Under the pieces are notes generated by a model. The model was not told where the DNA came from. It made no database searches and saw nothing but the letters and a program-made list of their open reading frames with translations. Shown piece after piece: positions 31,583-42,420 of a DNA stretch of 64,000 nucleotides. The position numbers and the translations under genes are program-made. The number at the start of each line of letters is the position of its first letter. The first letter of the stretch is position 1. The DNA lies in the sequence record SRR2962707_940; one strand, 5' to 3'.

Positions 31583-33475
31583 CTAAATATCGCTCGGCTT
31601 TTTGCGAATTAATATACCAAGCTCATCATCTTCTTGGGCTTTACGCAAGCGTTGCTCGGCTTCACTGGCTTCACTTTGGCGTTCCCACATTTTCGCGTAG
31701 AGGCCGCCTTTAAGCTTCATAAGATCGGCATGACGTCCGCGTTCAGCGATTTTACCATCGCGCAGAACGATAATTTCATCACAGGCAATAACCGTTGAAA
31801 GACGGTGTGCGATAACAAGCGTTGTGCGCCCTTTAGACACCACATCGAGCGAACTTTGAATTTCCTGCTCAGTGGCAGTATCGAGCGCCGATGTCGCTTC
31901 ATCCAAGATCAAAATCGGCGGCGCTTTTAGCAATGTGCGGGCAATCGCCACGCGCTGCTTTTCGCCGCCTGATAGTTTAAGGCCGCGTTCGCCAACCATT
32001 GCGTCATAGCCTTCAGGAACATTGCGGATAAAGCCGCCAATTTGTGCCATTTCAGCGGCTTTCTGCACATCTTCTTTGCTGGCATCAGGGCGACCATATC
32101 GAATGTTGTATTCAAGCGTATCATTGAACAAGACCGTGTCTTGCGGGACCATACCAATGGCAGCGCGCAACGACTTTTGCGTGATCGTGCGGATATCTTG
32201 ATCGTCGATAGAGATCGTTCCGCTTTGCACATCATAAAAACGATAAAGCAGACGCGACAACGTTGATTTGCCAGCGCCCGATGGGCCAACAATAGCAACC
32301 GATTTACCAGATGGCACTTCAAAGGAAATGCCCTTTAGAATGGCGCGATTTTCATTATAGGCAAAATGCACATTATCGAATTTGATCGCACCGCTGGCAA
32401 TCACAAGCGGCTTTGCGTCATCGGCATCTTTAACCTCAGGATTGGCATCGAGAAGGTCAAACATCTGTTCAATATCGGTAAGACCCTGGCGGATTTCGCG
32501 GTAAATGGAGCCAATGAAATTGAGCGGCACACCCAGCTGCATCAACATGGCATTGACGAAAACGAAGTCACCGATGGTCTGCGTTCCAGCCATAACAGCG
32601 GTCGCGGACATCCACATCATCACCAAAAGGCCAGAGGTAAAGATAACGCCCTGCCCGAAGTTCAACCATCCCAAAGATGTCCAAACGCGCGTTGCTGAGC
32701 GCTCATAACCCTCCATCGACTTATCGAAGCGCGATGCTTCCATATCCTCGTTGCCAAAATATTTGACGGTCTCATAGTTCAAAAGTGAATCAATCGCTTT
32801 CGAATTGGCATCGGTGTCTGACGCGTTCATATCGCGGCGAATTTGAATGCGCCAATCCGAAGCAATAATCGTGAACCAAGAATAGGCAACAACGGTCACC
32901 GCTGTGACTGCCAAATAGCGCCAGCCGTAGGCATAGGCGAAAATGATCGCCATCAGCACGAATTCAAAGATCGTTGGCAATGTATTCAAAATCGTAAAAC
33001 GAACGATTGCCTCAATGCCCTTTGTGCCGCGCTCAATGATGCGCGACAGGCCGCCCGTGCGGCGCTCTAAATGAAAGCGCAAAGACAATTGGTGCATATG
33101 AACAAAGGTGCGATGGGCTAACTTGCGCACCGCATGCTGGCCAACAGAAGCAAACAGCGCATCGCGCAATTGCTGCAGGCCCACATTGGTAACACGGAAA
33201 AAGCTATAGGCCACCACAAGCATGACGGGACCAAAAAACAGCGCTGGGATCCAGCTATCTGTCGGTACCTTCAACTCGCCATTGAGCGCATTGGTTGCCC
33301 ATTTGAACGCATAAGGCACAACCATCAAAACAAGTTTGGAAATGACCAAAAATAGGAACGCCCAGACCACCCGAATCTTAAGATCAGGTCGGTCGGAAGG
33401 CCACATATAGGGCCAAAGGTTTTTTATCGTGTTGAACGTGCCGGAATTATCGGCAGTCACCGTCTTATTTGCCAA
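31583..33475 (-). CDS. ABCB half-transporter (Atm1/HMT1-like)
   Basis: TMD plus NBD; DSLLNYETVKYF, GPSGAGKS, LSGGEKQR, LDEATS. Confidence 0.92.
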   Translation of the reverse strand: MANKTVTADNSGTFNTIKNLWPYMWPSDRPDLKIRVVWAFLFLVISKLVLMVVPYAFKWATNALNGELKVPTDSWIPALFFGPVMLVVAYSFFRVTNVGLQQLRDALFASVGQHAVRKLAHRTFVHMHQLSLRFHLERRTGGLSRIIERGTKGIEAIVRFTILNTLPTIFEFVLMAIIFAYAYGWRYLAVTAVTVVAYSWFTIIASDWRIQIRRDMNASDTDANSKAIDSLLNYETVKYFGNEDMEASRFDKSMEGYERSATRVWTSLGWLNFGQGVIFTSGLLVMMWMSATAVMAGTQTIGDFVFVNAMLMQLGVPLNFIGSIYREIRQGLTDIEQMFDLLDANPEVKDADDAKPLVIASGAIKFDNVHFAYNENRAILKGISFEVPSGKSVAIVGPSGAGKSTLSRLLYRFYDVQSGTISIDDQDIRTITQKSLRAAIGMVPQDTVLFNDTLEYNIRYGRPDASKEDVQKAAEMAQIGGFIRNVPEGYDAMVGERGLKLSGGEKQRVAIARTLLKAPPILILDEATSALDTATEQEIQSSLDVVSKGRTTLVIAHRLSTVIACDEIIVLRDGKIAERGRHADLMKLKGGLYAKMWERQSEASEAEQRLRKAQEDDELGILIRKKPSDI

Positions 33476-33525
33476 TAGGGTTGGCCTTTACTGAGTTGAT
33501 TTCGTTCTGCTTCAAACCAATCAAA

Positions 33526-34998
33526 TTATTGGTTTTCTGCGCCTTTGGGCAAGTCAAACACCTGTCCTGGCCAGATCATATCAGGATCTTTAATCTGGTT
33601 CTGGTTGGCCTGATAGATGGTCGTATATTTAATGCCTTGCCCGTAAACGCGCTTAGAAATTTCCCATAGTGTATCTCCGCGGCGGATGACAACACTGCCT
33701 GAAACCGCTTGAAGCGCTTGATCTGCGCCTTCAGTAGGCGCAGCAGCCATCGCGTCATTTGCTGGCGCCGCATCAAGCGCGCCGCTTTCCATCGTCGCAG
33801 GTGCGCCAGCATCGCCGGCTGGTGCTGGTGCAGCGACTGCTGCAAGCTTCTCACCTTCCGTGCGTCTGAACGGCACGGCAGCACGGGCGACGACTTCCGC
33901 ACGGTTTGCGGTTAGTTGATCGGCGCGAATGACATAATCACCCACCGGCAAATCGCGGTTGAGTTCCATCAAGAATGTGCCGCCGGGGCTCGTCTGTGTA
34001 TCGCCTAGTAATTTGTCATTGGCATAAAGTCGAATGATCGAACCTGCATCGGCTTTGCCTGCGATAAACAGCTTGGAGCCGTCGATTTCCACCGCTTCAA
34101 TGCTAACTTTAAGCGCGCCGTTGGATGCAGCAGGTGTAGCGGGCGCAGCTTCGGTTTGCGCCGCTTCCATTGCTGGGCTGGCGACATCACCAGCGGCAGG
34201 TGCTGCTGCTGGTGCATCGCTCATGGTTTCGGCGCTGGTTTCATTGGCTGGCGCAGCCATATCTGTTGCTTGTGGTTTATCTTCTTTGCTGTCAGCCATC
34301 TGCCCGTCTGGTGTTGCCTGCGCCATTTCAACAGGCTCATCTGTTTTTGTAATTAGGCGCGATGGCATGCCAGGTGCGCGCACTAGCGCTAGCACTTGGC
34401 CGTTTTTATCTTTCGGAATGGAAACAATCGCAGTTTCTGGAGATGTCATCACAGTGCCATCTGGCATGGATGAGCGCAGCACCATTTCATAATCGCCAGC
34501 ATTGAGCGCTTGATCGAATACAGCAACGAACTCGCCGCGATCATTGGCTGTGGTTCTGGCCAATACAGTCGAACCAGCAACAATTTCTACTTTTGCCAAT
34601 GGTTTTGTGCGCCCTGCGATCAAAACAGAACCATCTGGCTCAACACGCAATAGATCAAAACTTGGCACCAATAGCTCAGCTGCTTGTTCATCTTTTACAG
34701 TAGCCGCACTGTCAGGTGTTTCAACACTGGCAACTTGCGTTGGCGCAGCACTATCAGCGGCAGGTGCTTCTGGTTTAGCAGCTTCAGCGCTATCAGTGGT
34801 TACATCTTCCGGCTTGGCAGTTGTGCCATTATCCATGCTTTCATTTGCGCTGACGAGGCCGACCGGTGCCTCTTGGCTTTGTTCACCTTTGAGTGCGCTG
34901 AGCATCGCATCTACGCTGTCATATCGGCTTGATGCGATCACGCCGGTCACAACGACCACAGCGGCGACAATCATCAATCCAAGCTTTTTATCAATCAT
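33526..34998 (-). CDS. Membrane-anchored LysM peptidoglycan-binding protein with Ig-like domains
   Basis: N-terminal TM, Ala/Pro-rich linkers, C-terminal IRRGDTLWEIS...IYQAN...IWPGQVF. Confidence 0.88.
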   Translation of the reverse strand: MIDKKLGLMIVAAVVVVTGVIASSRYDSVDAMLSALKGEQSQEAPVGLVSANESMDNGTTAKPEDVTTDSAEAAKPEAPAADSAAPTQVASVETPDSAATVKDEQAAELLVPSFDLLRVEPDGSVLIAGRTKPLAKVEIVAGSTVLARTTANDRGEFVAVFDQALNAGDYEMVLRSSMPDGTVMTSPETAIVSIPKDKNGQVLALVRAPGMPSRLITKTDEPVEMAQATPDGQMADSKEDKPQATDMAAPANETSAETMSDAPAAAPAAGDVASPAMEAAQTEAAPATPAASNGALKVSIEAVEIDGSKLFIAGKADAGSIIRLYANDKLLGDTQTSPGGTFLMELNRDLPVGDYVIRADQLTANRAEVVARAAVPFRRTEGEKLAAVAAPAPAGDAGAPATMESGALDAAPANDAMAAAPTEGADQALQAVSGSVVIRRGDTLWEISKRVYGQGIKYTTIYQANQNQIKDPDMIWPGQVFDLPKGAENQ

Positions 34999-35146
34999 CT
35001 CAGCACCCTTTAGTTTCCTAGCACTTTGGCAAAGTCATACGTGCGCAAATCTTTTACAACTCATGCCTTAAACTGTTGCAGCAATATTCGCAATAATACA
35101 CAATTTTGTCTGTTGACCGGCGTTTCTGGCTCGGTCAAAAGGAGCT

Positions 35147-35713
35147 ATGAGTAAAATAAAATCCATTTGTGTCTATTGCGGCTCGTCAGCTGGTACTTCT
35201 GCTTCTTTTGAAAGTGCGGCTTCGGTTCTTGGCCAGTCAATTGCTTCTAACGATATTCGCCTGATCTATGGCGGCGGCACCAAAGGCCTTATGGGCACTG
35301 TTGCTGACTCTGTGATGGAACATGGCGGCAAAGTGACCGGCATCATTCCAAAATTCTTGATGAATTTGGAAGCGACAAGCGAAGATCTGCGCGAACTTGA
35401 CGAGCTTATCGTAACCGACGATATGCACACGCGCAAACGCACCATGTTTGAGCGCTCCGATGCTTTTGTGACATTACCGGGCGGTATTGGCACGCTCGAA
35501 GAAGTGATCGAAATGATGACTTGGGCGCAGCTTGGCCGTCACAACCGCCCCATCGTGCTGGCGAATGTGGACGGCTTTTGGGATCCGCTGATTTCTTTGC
35601 TCGATCACATGGCCGAAAGCGGCTTTATTCATACGCAGCATTTGGTGCGGCCGCTGATTATCGATAGGGCAGAAGACATTGTGCCTGCGATCATCGAGGC
35701 AGCGGGCAACTAA
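35147..35713 (+). CDS. LOG family (TIGR00730) nucleotide phosphoribohydrolase
   Basis: CVYCGS, YGGG, MHTRK, PGGIGTLEE. Confidence 0.93.
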   Translation: MSKIKSICVYCGSSAGTSASFESAASVLGQSIASNDIRLIYGGGTKGLMGTVADSVMEHGGKVTGIIPKFLMNLEATSEDLRELDELIVTDDMHTRKRTMFERSDAFVTLPGGIGTLEEVIEMMTWAQLGRHNRPIVLANVDGFWDPLISLLDHMAESGFIHTQHLVRPLIIDRAEDIVPAIIEAAGN

Positions 35714-35838
35714 ACTCACGTAAAATGCTCTATCACTGTTGATAATATAAGTTTTTACATAAGCGTTAGAAAACTCATACATTTCTGTCATGGAAGGTTG
35801 ATCTAACGGGCGCCTCTACCCCCAAATAGGAGACGCTA

Positions 35839-37071
35839 ATGTCGACGGTTCTAAAATCTACACTTCTAAGCGCATGCGCGCTTTTCGTTCTTTCTGGTTC
35901 AGCTTTGGCTGAAAGCCATATGTCAAACGCAGCACAGCTTGGCCCTCGTCCATTTTATCTGGTTGATAATATGGATGATGGCCCGCTAAAAGAAAAGTTG
36001 ATGGCGTGTAAAACAGGTCCATTCAAGCAGACAACATGGTCTATTGGCCATCGCGGCGCAGGTCTGCAGTTCCCTGAACACACACAACAATCTTACTCTG
36101 CTGCCGCTGTTATGGGCGCAGGCATAATTGAGTGCGATGTGACCTTCACAAAAGACAAGCAGCTTGTTTGCCGCCATGCGCAAAACGATTTGGCCACAAC
36201 AACAAACATTCTTGGCACTGACCTTGCTTCTAAATGTAACAAGCCATTTACAGCGGCCAGCGGCGACACAAAGGCTTCTGCTGAATGCCGCACATCAGAA
36301 CTCACACTTGCCGAATTTAAATCTCTTAACGGCAAAATTGATGCGGGCGATAGCAAAGCAACCAGCGTTGAACAGTTCATGGACTCAACGCCTAAATGGC
36401 GCACGGACCTTTATTCAACAGATGGCACATTGATGACCCATGCGGAATCAATTCAGCTGATCAAAAGCCTTGGTGCAAAATTTACACCAGAGCTAAAATC
36501 AGCGTCAGTTGAGATGCCATTTGATGGCTATACGCAGGAAATGTATGCGCAGGCGATGATCGATGAATATAAAGCAGCCGGCATTGCGCCTTCAGATGTG
36601 TTTGCGCAGTCGTTTAATCTTGATGACATTTTATACTGGATCAAAGCTGAGCCTGAATTTGGCAAACAAGCTGTCTTTCTTGATGATGGCGATTCATCGG
36701 TTGACGGCTGGGCACAGCAAGACCCGTCGACTTGGGCGCATTCAATGCAAGAACTTAAAGACATGGGCGTCAACTATATTGCGCCGCCAATGTGGTATCT
36801 TGTGACATCTGAAGATGGCAAAATTGTTCCTTCTGTCTATGCAAAAGAAGCAAATGCTGCTGGTCTTAAAATCATCTCATGGAGCGCTGAGCGTTCAGGT
36901 CTTTTGGCCGATCATGGTGGCTGGTACTATCAGTCAATCAACGATTTGATAGACAATGATGGCGACATCTACAACTTGATCAATGTGCTGCACGAAGATG
37001 TAGACATTGTTGGCCTGTTCTCAGATTGGCCTGCAACAACAACTTTCTATGCAAACTGCATGGGCTTGTAA
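35839..37071 (+). CDS. Secreted glycerophosphodiester phosphodiesterase (GDPD)
   Basis: Signal peptide, [33 protein letters not shown]. Confidence 0.9.
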   Translation: MSTVLKSTLLSACALFVLSGSALAESHMSNAAQLGPRPFYLVDNMDDGPLKEKLMACKTGPFKQTTWSIGHRGAGLQFPEHTQQSYSAAAVMGAGIIECDVTFTKDKQLVCRHAQNDLATTTNILGTDLASKCNKPFTAASGDTKASAECRTSELTLAEFKSLNGKIDAGDSKATSVEQFMDSTPKWRTDLYSTDGTLMTHAESIQLIKSLGAKFTPELKSASVEMPFDGYTQEMYAQAMIDEYKAAGIAPSDVFAQSFNLDDILYWIKAEPEFGKQAVFLDDGDSSVDGWAQQDPSTWAHSMQELKDMGVNYIAPPMWYLVTSEDGKIVPSVYAKEANAAGLKIISWSAERSGLLADHGGWYYQSINDLIDNDGDIYNLINVLHEDVDIVGLFSDWPATTTFYANCMGL

Positions 37072-37097
37072 TTTAGGACGTCTACTGAGCAGAATAT

Positions 37098-37133
37098 AAC
37101 CCGCGTTTCTAAATTAGAGGCGCGGGTTTTTTC
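37098..37133 (+). terminator. Terminator of GDPD overlapping the rarD 3' end
   Basis: AACCCGCGTTTCTAA/TTAGAGGCGCGGGTT stem followed by a T run. Confidence 0.7.
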
Positions 37134-38032
37134 TTTTTGGGTTTGTTAAACATTGACCATGTGTAAAGCGCCAATCCGGTCCAAATGAAGCAGAAAGCAA
37201 TCAGCTGGATATGCGAGAACGGCTCTTTGAACACAAATACCGCAATCAAGAAAATCATTGTCGGCGCGATATATTGCAAAATACCGACCGTTGTATAACG
37301 CAGCGCCTTTGCGCCAAATGCATAGAGAATAAGCGGTATCGCGGTAATTGGTCCTGCAAGTAATAGAAGCCCCATATCGGCCAAACCGGTTGGACCAAAA
37401 TGGCCAGTGCCGGTGTAGAAAAACCAACTAATAATACCCACAGCAGGTACGGACAAAATCAGCACTTCGAGCAGAAATCCTTGCGTCGGGCCAATGGGCA
37501 ATGTCTTGCGCAAATAGCCATAGATGCCGAAGGAGCCAGCCAATACTAATGAGACCCAAGGCAAGCCGCCTGCCCCAAAAGTCAGGATGGCGACCGCGAT
37601 CACAGCGCAGGCGACAGCGAGTATTTGCAGACGCGATAAGCGCTCACCTAAAACGAAAACGCCAAGCACCATGTTCAAAATTGGGTTGATATAGTAACCA
37701 AGCGCGCCTTCAACCGCGCGGTCGGCGGCAATCGCCCAAATGTAAACGCCCCAATTGATCGATATCAGTCCGGCAGTTATTGCCGCCATCATCAATACGC
37801 GCGGGCTTTTGAATGCAGCACGAAGATCGGCCGTACGGCCTAACCATAAGATGAGCGCACCAGCGACCGGTACAGACCAAACAATGCGATGAGCGACCAC
37901 TTCAATCGCTGGAATGTGACCGATTGTCTTGAGATAAAGCGGCAAAAAGCCCCATATTACATAGGCCGATATGGCAAATAACATGCCTGACAGCGGTTCG
38001 CTTGCTTGGGAATTATCAGGTGGTGTGCTCAT
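37109..38032 (-). CDS. rarD: EamA family transporter RarD
   Basis: AYVIWGFLPLY, HRIVWS, LGYYINP, LQYIAPT; start moved to ATG 38032. Confidence 0.92.
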   Translation of the reverse strand: MSTPPDNSQASEPLSGMLFAISAYVIWGFLPLYLKTIGHIPAIEVVAHRIVWSVPVAGALILWLGRTADLRAAFKSPRVLMMAAITAGLISINWGVYIWAIAADRAVEGALGYYINPILNMVLGVFVLGERLSRLQILAVACAVIAVAILTFGAGGLPWVSLVLAGSFGIYGYLRKTLPIGPTQGFLLEVLILSVPAVGIISWFFYTGTGHFGPTGLADMGLLLLAGPITAIPLILYAFGAKALRYTTVGILQYIAPTMIFLIAVFVFKEPFSHIQLIAFCFIWTGLALYTWSMFNKPKKKKPAPLI

Positions 38033-38112
38033 GGCTACCCCGTACACCCGAACGCAAGGGGCGAAAAGCACCAAATTGTCATGGTCACAATCGTCTACAT
38101 AGGCGCTGCGGC

Positions 38113-39738
38113 TTACTCCGCAGCGGCCAAACCCGCCTGATTTCGGTTTTTCAACAATTTGAAATTGATTGAATCCATTAGCGCCATAAAGGATGCATCT
38201 ATTATATTGTCCGACACACCCACCGTCCACCAGCGTTTGCCGGAGATATCGGTTGATTCAATCAGAACGCGGGTTATCGCCTCGGTGCCACCGTTTAGAA
38301 TACGCACCTTATAGTCGACGAGTTCCATATCGGCTATTTCAGCCTGATATTTGCCAAGGTCTTTGCGCAGCGCCAAATCCAGCGCGTTGACCGGACCGTG
38401 GCCCTCGGCAACGCTCATGCGCTGTTCGCCGTCAACGGTCACCTTAACCACCGCTTCTGATTGCGTGATTAAATCGCCATTGGCATTGTGGCGGCGTTCA
38501 ACGACAACGCGGAACGAGTCCACCTCAAAAAATGTCGGCACTTCGCCCAATGTGCGCCGCGCCAAAAGCTCAAAGCTGGCATCGGCGCCCTCATAGGAAT
38601 AGCCAAGCGATTCACGCTCTTTGACAATCGAGATCAATGTATCAAGGCGCGGATCAGACTTAGAAACTGCGACACCACGGCGAGTTAATTCATTGATAAA
38701 ATTAGATTTTCCGCCTTGGTCTGACACCATGACGCGGCGCGTATTGCCCACTTTTTCTGGCGCAACGTGCTCATAGGTCGCTGGATCTTTAAGCAATGCA
38801 GAGGCATGAATACCCGCCTTTGTCGCAAAGGCTGATGCACCAACATAGGGCGCTTGCAGCGCAGGCGCGCGGTTGAGCAATTCATCAAATGAGCGAGACA
38901 AATGGGTTAGGCTTTCCAAACCCTCATCTGAAATGCCGGTTTCAAAACGGTCTGCCCAGTTTTCTTTCAGGCCCAATGTCGCCATCAGCGTGATCAGATT
39001 GGCATTGCCGCAGCGTTCACCAATGCCATTGAGTGTGCCTTGAATTTGGCGCACACCCGCTTCAACAGCAGCCAGAGAATTGGCAACAGCCTGTTCAGTG
39101 TCATTATGGGCATGAATGCCGAGTCTATCGCCTGGAATGCCCGCGGCAATAACGGCGCTGACAATTTCGCGCACCTCTTGGGGCTGTGTGCCGCCATTGG
39201 TATCGCAGAGCACAATCCAGCGCGCACCCGCCTCAAAGGCAGCCTTTGCGCAGGAAAGCGCATATTCAGGATTGGCCTTATAGCCATCAAAGAAATGCTC
39301 GCAATCAACATAGGCTTCTTTGCCCGCTTTTAGCGTCGCCTCTACGGACTGCGTGATGTTTTCGATATTTTCTTCATTGGTGCAACCCAGCGCAACGCGC
39401 ACATGATAGTCCCACGCTTTTGCCACGAAACAAACCGCATCGCCTGTTGATTGCACCAGCGCAGCGAGGCCTGGATCATTCGACGCAGAAACGCCTGCGC
39501 GTTTGGTCATGCCAAAGGCGACAAACTTCGCATTGATCGTACGTTTTTTGGCAAAAAATTCCGTGTCCGTTGGATTTGCGCCCGGATAACCGCCTTCGAC
39601 ATAATCAATGCCAAACTCGTCCAACATATCAGCAATCGCAATTTTGCCGGCCACGGAGAAATCAATGCCCGGCGTCTGCTGGCCATCTCTGAGTGTGGTA
39701 TCGAATAAATATATGCGTTCGCGTTTGGTCATCGTCAT
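38113..39738 (-). CDS. cimA: Citramalate synthase (LeuA-like)
   Basis: DTTLRDGQQ, CEHFFDG, HAHND, GIGERCGNA, LeuA allosteric domain. Confidence 0.9.
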   Translation of the reverse strand: MTMTKRERIYLFDTTLRDGQQTPGIDFSVAGKIAIADMLDEFGIDYVEGGYPGANPTDTEFFAKKRTINAKFVAFGMTKRAGVSASNDPGLAALVQSTGDAVCFVAKAWDYHVRVALGCTNEENIENITQSVEATLKAGKEAYVDCEHFFDGYKANPEYALSCAKAAFEAGARWIVLCDTNGGTQPQEVREIVSAVIAAGIPGDRLGIHAHNDTEQAVANSLAAVEAGVRQIQGTLNGIGERCGNANLITLMATLGLKENWADRFETGISDEGLESLTHLSRSFDELLNRAPALQAPYVGASAFATKAGIHASALLKDPATYEHVAPEKVGNTRRVMVSDQGGKSNFINELTRRGVAVSKSDPRLDTLISIVKERESLGYSYEGADASFELLARRTLGEVPTFFEVDSFRVVVERRHNANGDLITQSEAVVKVTVDGEQRMSVAEGHGPVNALDLALRKDLGKYQAEIADMELVDYKVRILNGGTEAITRVLIESTDISGKRWWTVGVSDNIIDASFMALMDSINFKLLKNRNQAGLAAAE

Positions 39739-39849
39739 TCCGGTCTATGGCAAGGGGTTTTACCTCTCGCCCTTAGTATCGCGCATATCGCGCCGCTAAA
39801 GTACTGATCGGTACTAGAGCACGCGCGCCAATCGCGCAATATAGCGTTG

Positions 39850-40311
39850 CTATTCTTCCGTTTCGTGATCGGGATGCTGATAGTTTTTTAAGTCGGCCAG
39901 AAATGGCGCATCGGCAAGATCATCCAATGTGTGGCGCTGAGGCAAATTCGGTAGATCGTCGCACCAAATGCGCTTTCCTTCTGAACCATATTCAATGGTT
40001 GGCGGCACTGCATCTGGATTATCAAAGCTCATCACCGTCAGCGCCAAACCATCAGGCGCATCATAAGCGAGCGGCGTGCCGCACTTTGAGCAAAAGCCTC
40101 TGCGTGCAGCGCTAGATGATTCAAACCAAGCGGGCGTTCCGCGTGTCCACTCCACCGGCTTTTCGCCCGGGCCAACCAACGCCAAGCCGGTTGCGGCCGA
40201 CGCTTTTTGGCACATGCGGCAATAGCAAATTGATGATGTGCCTGCATCGCCGGTCACGCGAAAACGCACCGCGCCGCATTGGCAGCCGCCGGTTAAAATT
40301 TGGCGCGTCAT
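39850..40311 (-). CDS. GFA/CENP-V family Zn protein
   Basis: [29 protein letters not shown]. Confidence 0.9.
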   Translation of the reverse strand: MTRQILTGGCQCGAVRFRVTGDAGTSSICYCRMCQKASAATGLALVGPGEKPVEWTRGTPAWFESSSAARRGFCSKCGTPLAYDAPDGLALTVMSFDNPDAVPPTIEYGSEGKRIWCDDLPNLPQRHTLDDLADAPFLADLKNYQHPDHETEE

Positions 40312-40763
40312 GTGTCAAAATCCGGATGCTGGTGATTGGTTGATGTTACATCATCAAGACCGCCGGGCAGATCATCACGGTTCACAGATTTACCCGCTAG
40401 GCTTCCAAGCGCCTCAAAGAAATGTACTTTCGCTTCAACACCATCATTGCTGATGGGCACCACAGCATTTGGATCATCGAGCGAACCAAGTGTGATGGCA
40501 ACGCCGTTTGATTGCAGCGTATCGAATAAGAGCGGCGTGCCGCATTGGTTGCAGAACCCGCGCCGAACCGGATCGGATGATTGAAACCAAGACACTTCGC
40601 CGCGTGTGATTTTGAATGTATCGCCAGCGGCAAAGGCAAGCGGCATGAAGTAATTTCCCGATGCCTTCTGGCACATGCGGCAATGACACAAATGCGGGGA
40701 ATCAAGTTCACCGTTGATGCGATAACGCACCGCGCCGCACTGACACCCGCCGCTTAGTTTCAT
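40308..40763 (-). CDS. GFA/CENP-V family Zn protein
   Basis: [32 protein letters not shown] 40763 overlaps the cysS stop. Confidence 0.9.
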   Translation of the reverse strand: MKLSGGCQCGAVRYRINGELDSPHLCHCRMCQKASGNYFMPLAFAAGDTFKITRGEVSWFQSSDPVRRGFCNQCGTPLLFDTLQSNGVAITLGSLDDPNAVVPISNDGVEAKVHFFEALGSLAGKSVNRDDLPGGLDDVTSTNHQHPDFDT

Positions 40764-42181
40764 CTTTTCACTTCCCAAGTCGTGACACGCTCGCCGGTAC
40801 TTGAGTCTTTTGAATCCTTTAGCTGAATTCCTTGAGACAGTAGTTCATCGCGGATACGGTCAGCTTCTGCAAAATTTTTGTCTGCAAAATGCGCTAAGCG
40901 CGTGGCAATCGCAGCTTCAATAATAGAAGCATCAATGTCGCTGGTTGGTGCTGCATCCGGCAAACCGAGCAATGAAAGGGCTTCGGCCAATGGCGCACCT
41001 GAGAGCTTGCTCAGCTGATGGATTGCATCAGACGTATTCAGATCATCTGCCAGTGCATCAATGATTGATGACACTTCGCCAGCGTCTTCGGCCTCAACAC
41101 GGCGCCAAATTTTCGACAACACGGCTTCAGCCTCTTCCAAGCGCTTCACGCTAAAGTCGATTGGCTCGCGGTAATGGGTCATCAGCATAGCAAGGCGTAA
41201 AACTGCACCTGGCCATTTACGACCACCTAATTTTTCCGTCGCAAGCAGCTCATGAATCGTGACGAAATTACCGTCCGATTTGCTCATCTTTTTGCCTTCA
41301 ACCTGCAGGTAGCCATTATGCATCCAGATGTTGGCCATCTTTTTGGTGTCGTGGGCACAGCAGCTTTGGGCAATTTCATTTTCGTGGTGTGGGAAAATCA
41401 AATCCAAACCACCGCCATGAATGTCAAATGTTTCGCCTAAATAAGCCGCGCTCATCGCCGAACATTCAATATGCCAGCCCGGGCGTCCGTGGATGGTCTC
41501 GCCATCGAATGACGCATCCCAGCCCGGCTCATCGGCGTTTGATTCTTTCCAAAGCACAAAATCGCCTGCGTTCTTTTTATGCGTTTTGGCTTCGATGCGT
41601 GCGCCTGCCTGCTGGTCTTCCAGCTTGCGGTTTGAGAGCGCGCCATAGGCGTCCATCGAAGTGACATCAAAAAGCACTTCGCGCCCCTCGCCGCCGGTGG
41701 CAACATAGGCATGTTTTTTCTCAATCAACGTCTGAATGATGCTCGCCATATCAGCTTTGCCATCGGCGCGCGGCAAAACGAATTCGGTGGCGCGTGGCGC
41801 AAATGTCGGCGCAAGGCAGCCAAGCGCCGATACATCTTCGTGATACTGGTCAGCTGTTTTTTCCGTGACTTTGCGGATTGCTTCGTTCAGCGGCAAATCT
41901 GGATAATCGCGCAACGCCCGCGCATTAATTTTGTCATCGACATCCGTGATATTGCGCACATAGGTGACTTTGCTTTCGCCATAGACATGACGCAGCAGAC
42001 GATAGAGCACATCAAACACAATCACCGGCCGCGCATTGCCGATATGGGCAAAATCATAGACCGTTGGTCCGCAGACATACATGCGCACATTGTCCGCATC
42101 GATAGGTTCAAAAACCTCTTTGGTGCGGGTAAGCGTGTTATAAAGATGAAGCGCTTGGCCTGACGTATTATTCTCAACCAT
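40760..42181 (-). CDS. cysS: Cysteine--tRNA ligase
   Basis: [29 protein letters not shown]. Confidence 0.98.
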   Translation of the reverse strand: MVENNTSGQALHLYNTLTRTKEVFEPIDADNVRMYVCGPTVYDFAHIGNARPVIVFDVLYRLLRHVYGESKVTYVRNITDVDDKINARALRDYPDLPLNEAIRKVTEKTADQYHEDVSALGCLAPTFAPRATEFVLPRADGKADMASIIQTLIEKKHAYVATGGEGREVLFDVTSMDAYGALSNRKLEDQQAGARIEAKTHKKNAGDFVLWKESNADEPGWDASFDGETIHGRPGWHIECSAMSAAYLGETFDIHGGGLDLIFPHHENEIAQSCCAHDTKKMANIWMHNGYLQVEGKKMSKSDGNFVTIHELLATEKLGGRKWPGAVLRLAMLMTHYREPIDFSVKRLEEAEAVLSKIWRRVEAEDAGEVSSIIDALADDLNTSDAIHQLSKLSGAPLAEALSLLGLPDAAPTSDIDASIIEAAIATRLAHFADKNFAEADRIRDELLSQGIQLKDSKDSSTGERVTTWEVKR

Positions 42182-42284
42182 GGTAATATTTTAGCGCCTA
42201 CGCGCATTCTCGCTGATTCTATTTCGTTCAACCGACACGCTGTATCGATTATTTCGTGGCCTGTTTCTACAATCTTATGTTTGC

Positions 42285-42313
42285 AAAAAAAAGGCCGCAC
42301 AATTGATGCGCGA
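42285..42313 (-). terminator. Minus-strand intrinsic terminator upstream of cysS
   Basis: Minus strand reads TCGCGCA-TCAAT-TGTGCGG-CC followed by T8. Confidence 0.55.
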
Positions 42314-42420
42314 TTGAAGTTTCAAAATGGCACAACTGCACCTAGAAATCGCTCAATTAGTTAAGATATTTTCTCGCTATTTTGACAGAACACTATCTCG
42401 CCGCAATGGAAATGTTTAAA

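Noticed and set aside
33760-34860. Repetitive Ala/Pro-rich stretches in the LysM gene
   Set aside because: Low-complexity protein linkers, not DNA repeats or CRISPR.
38033-38230. Long N-terminal extensions of rarD (also rsmA 10440, acpP 16010, nadA 56794, DUF2232 21030)
   Set aside because: ORF-caller upstream starts that overlap neighbours or lack an SD; downstream starts fit the families better.
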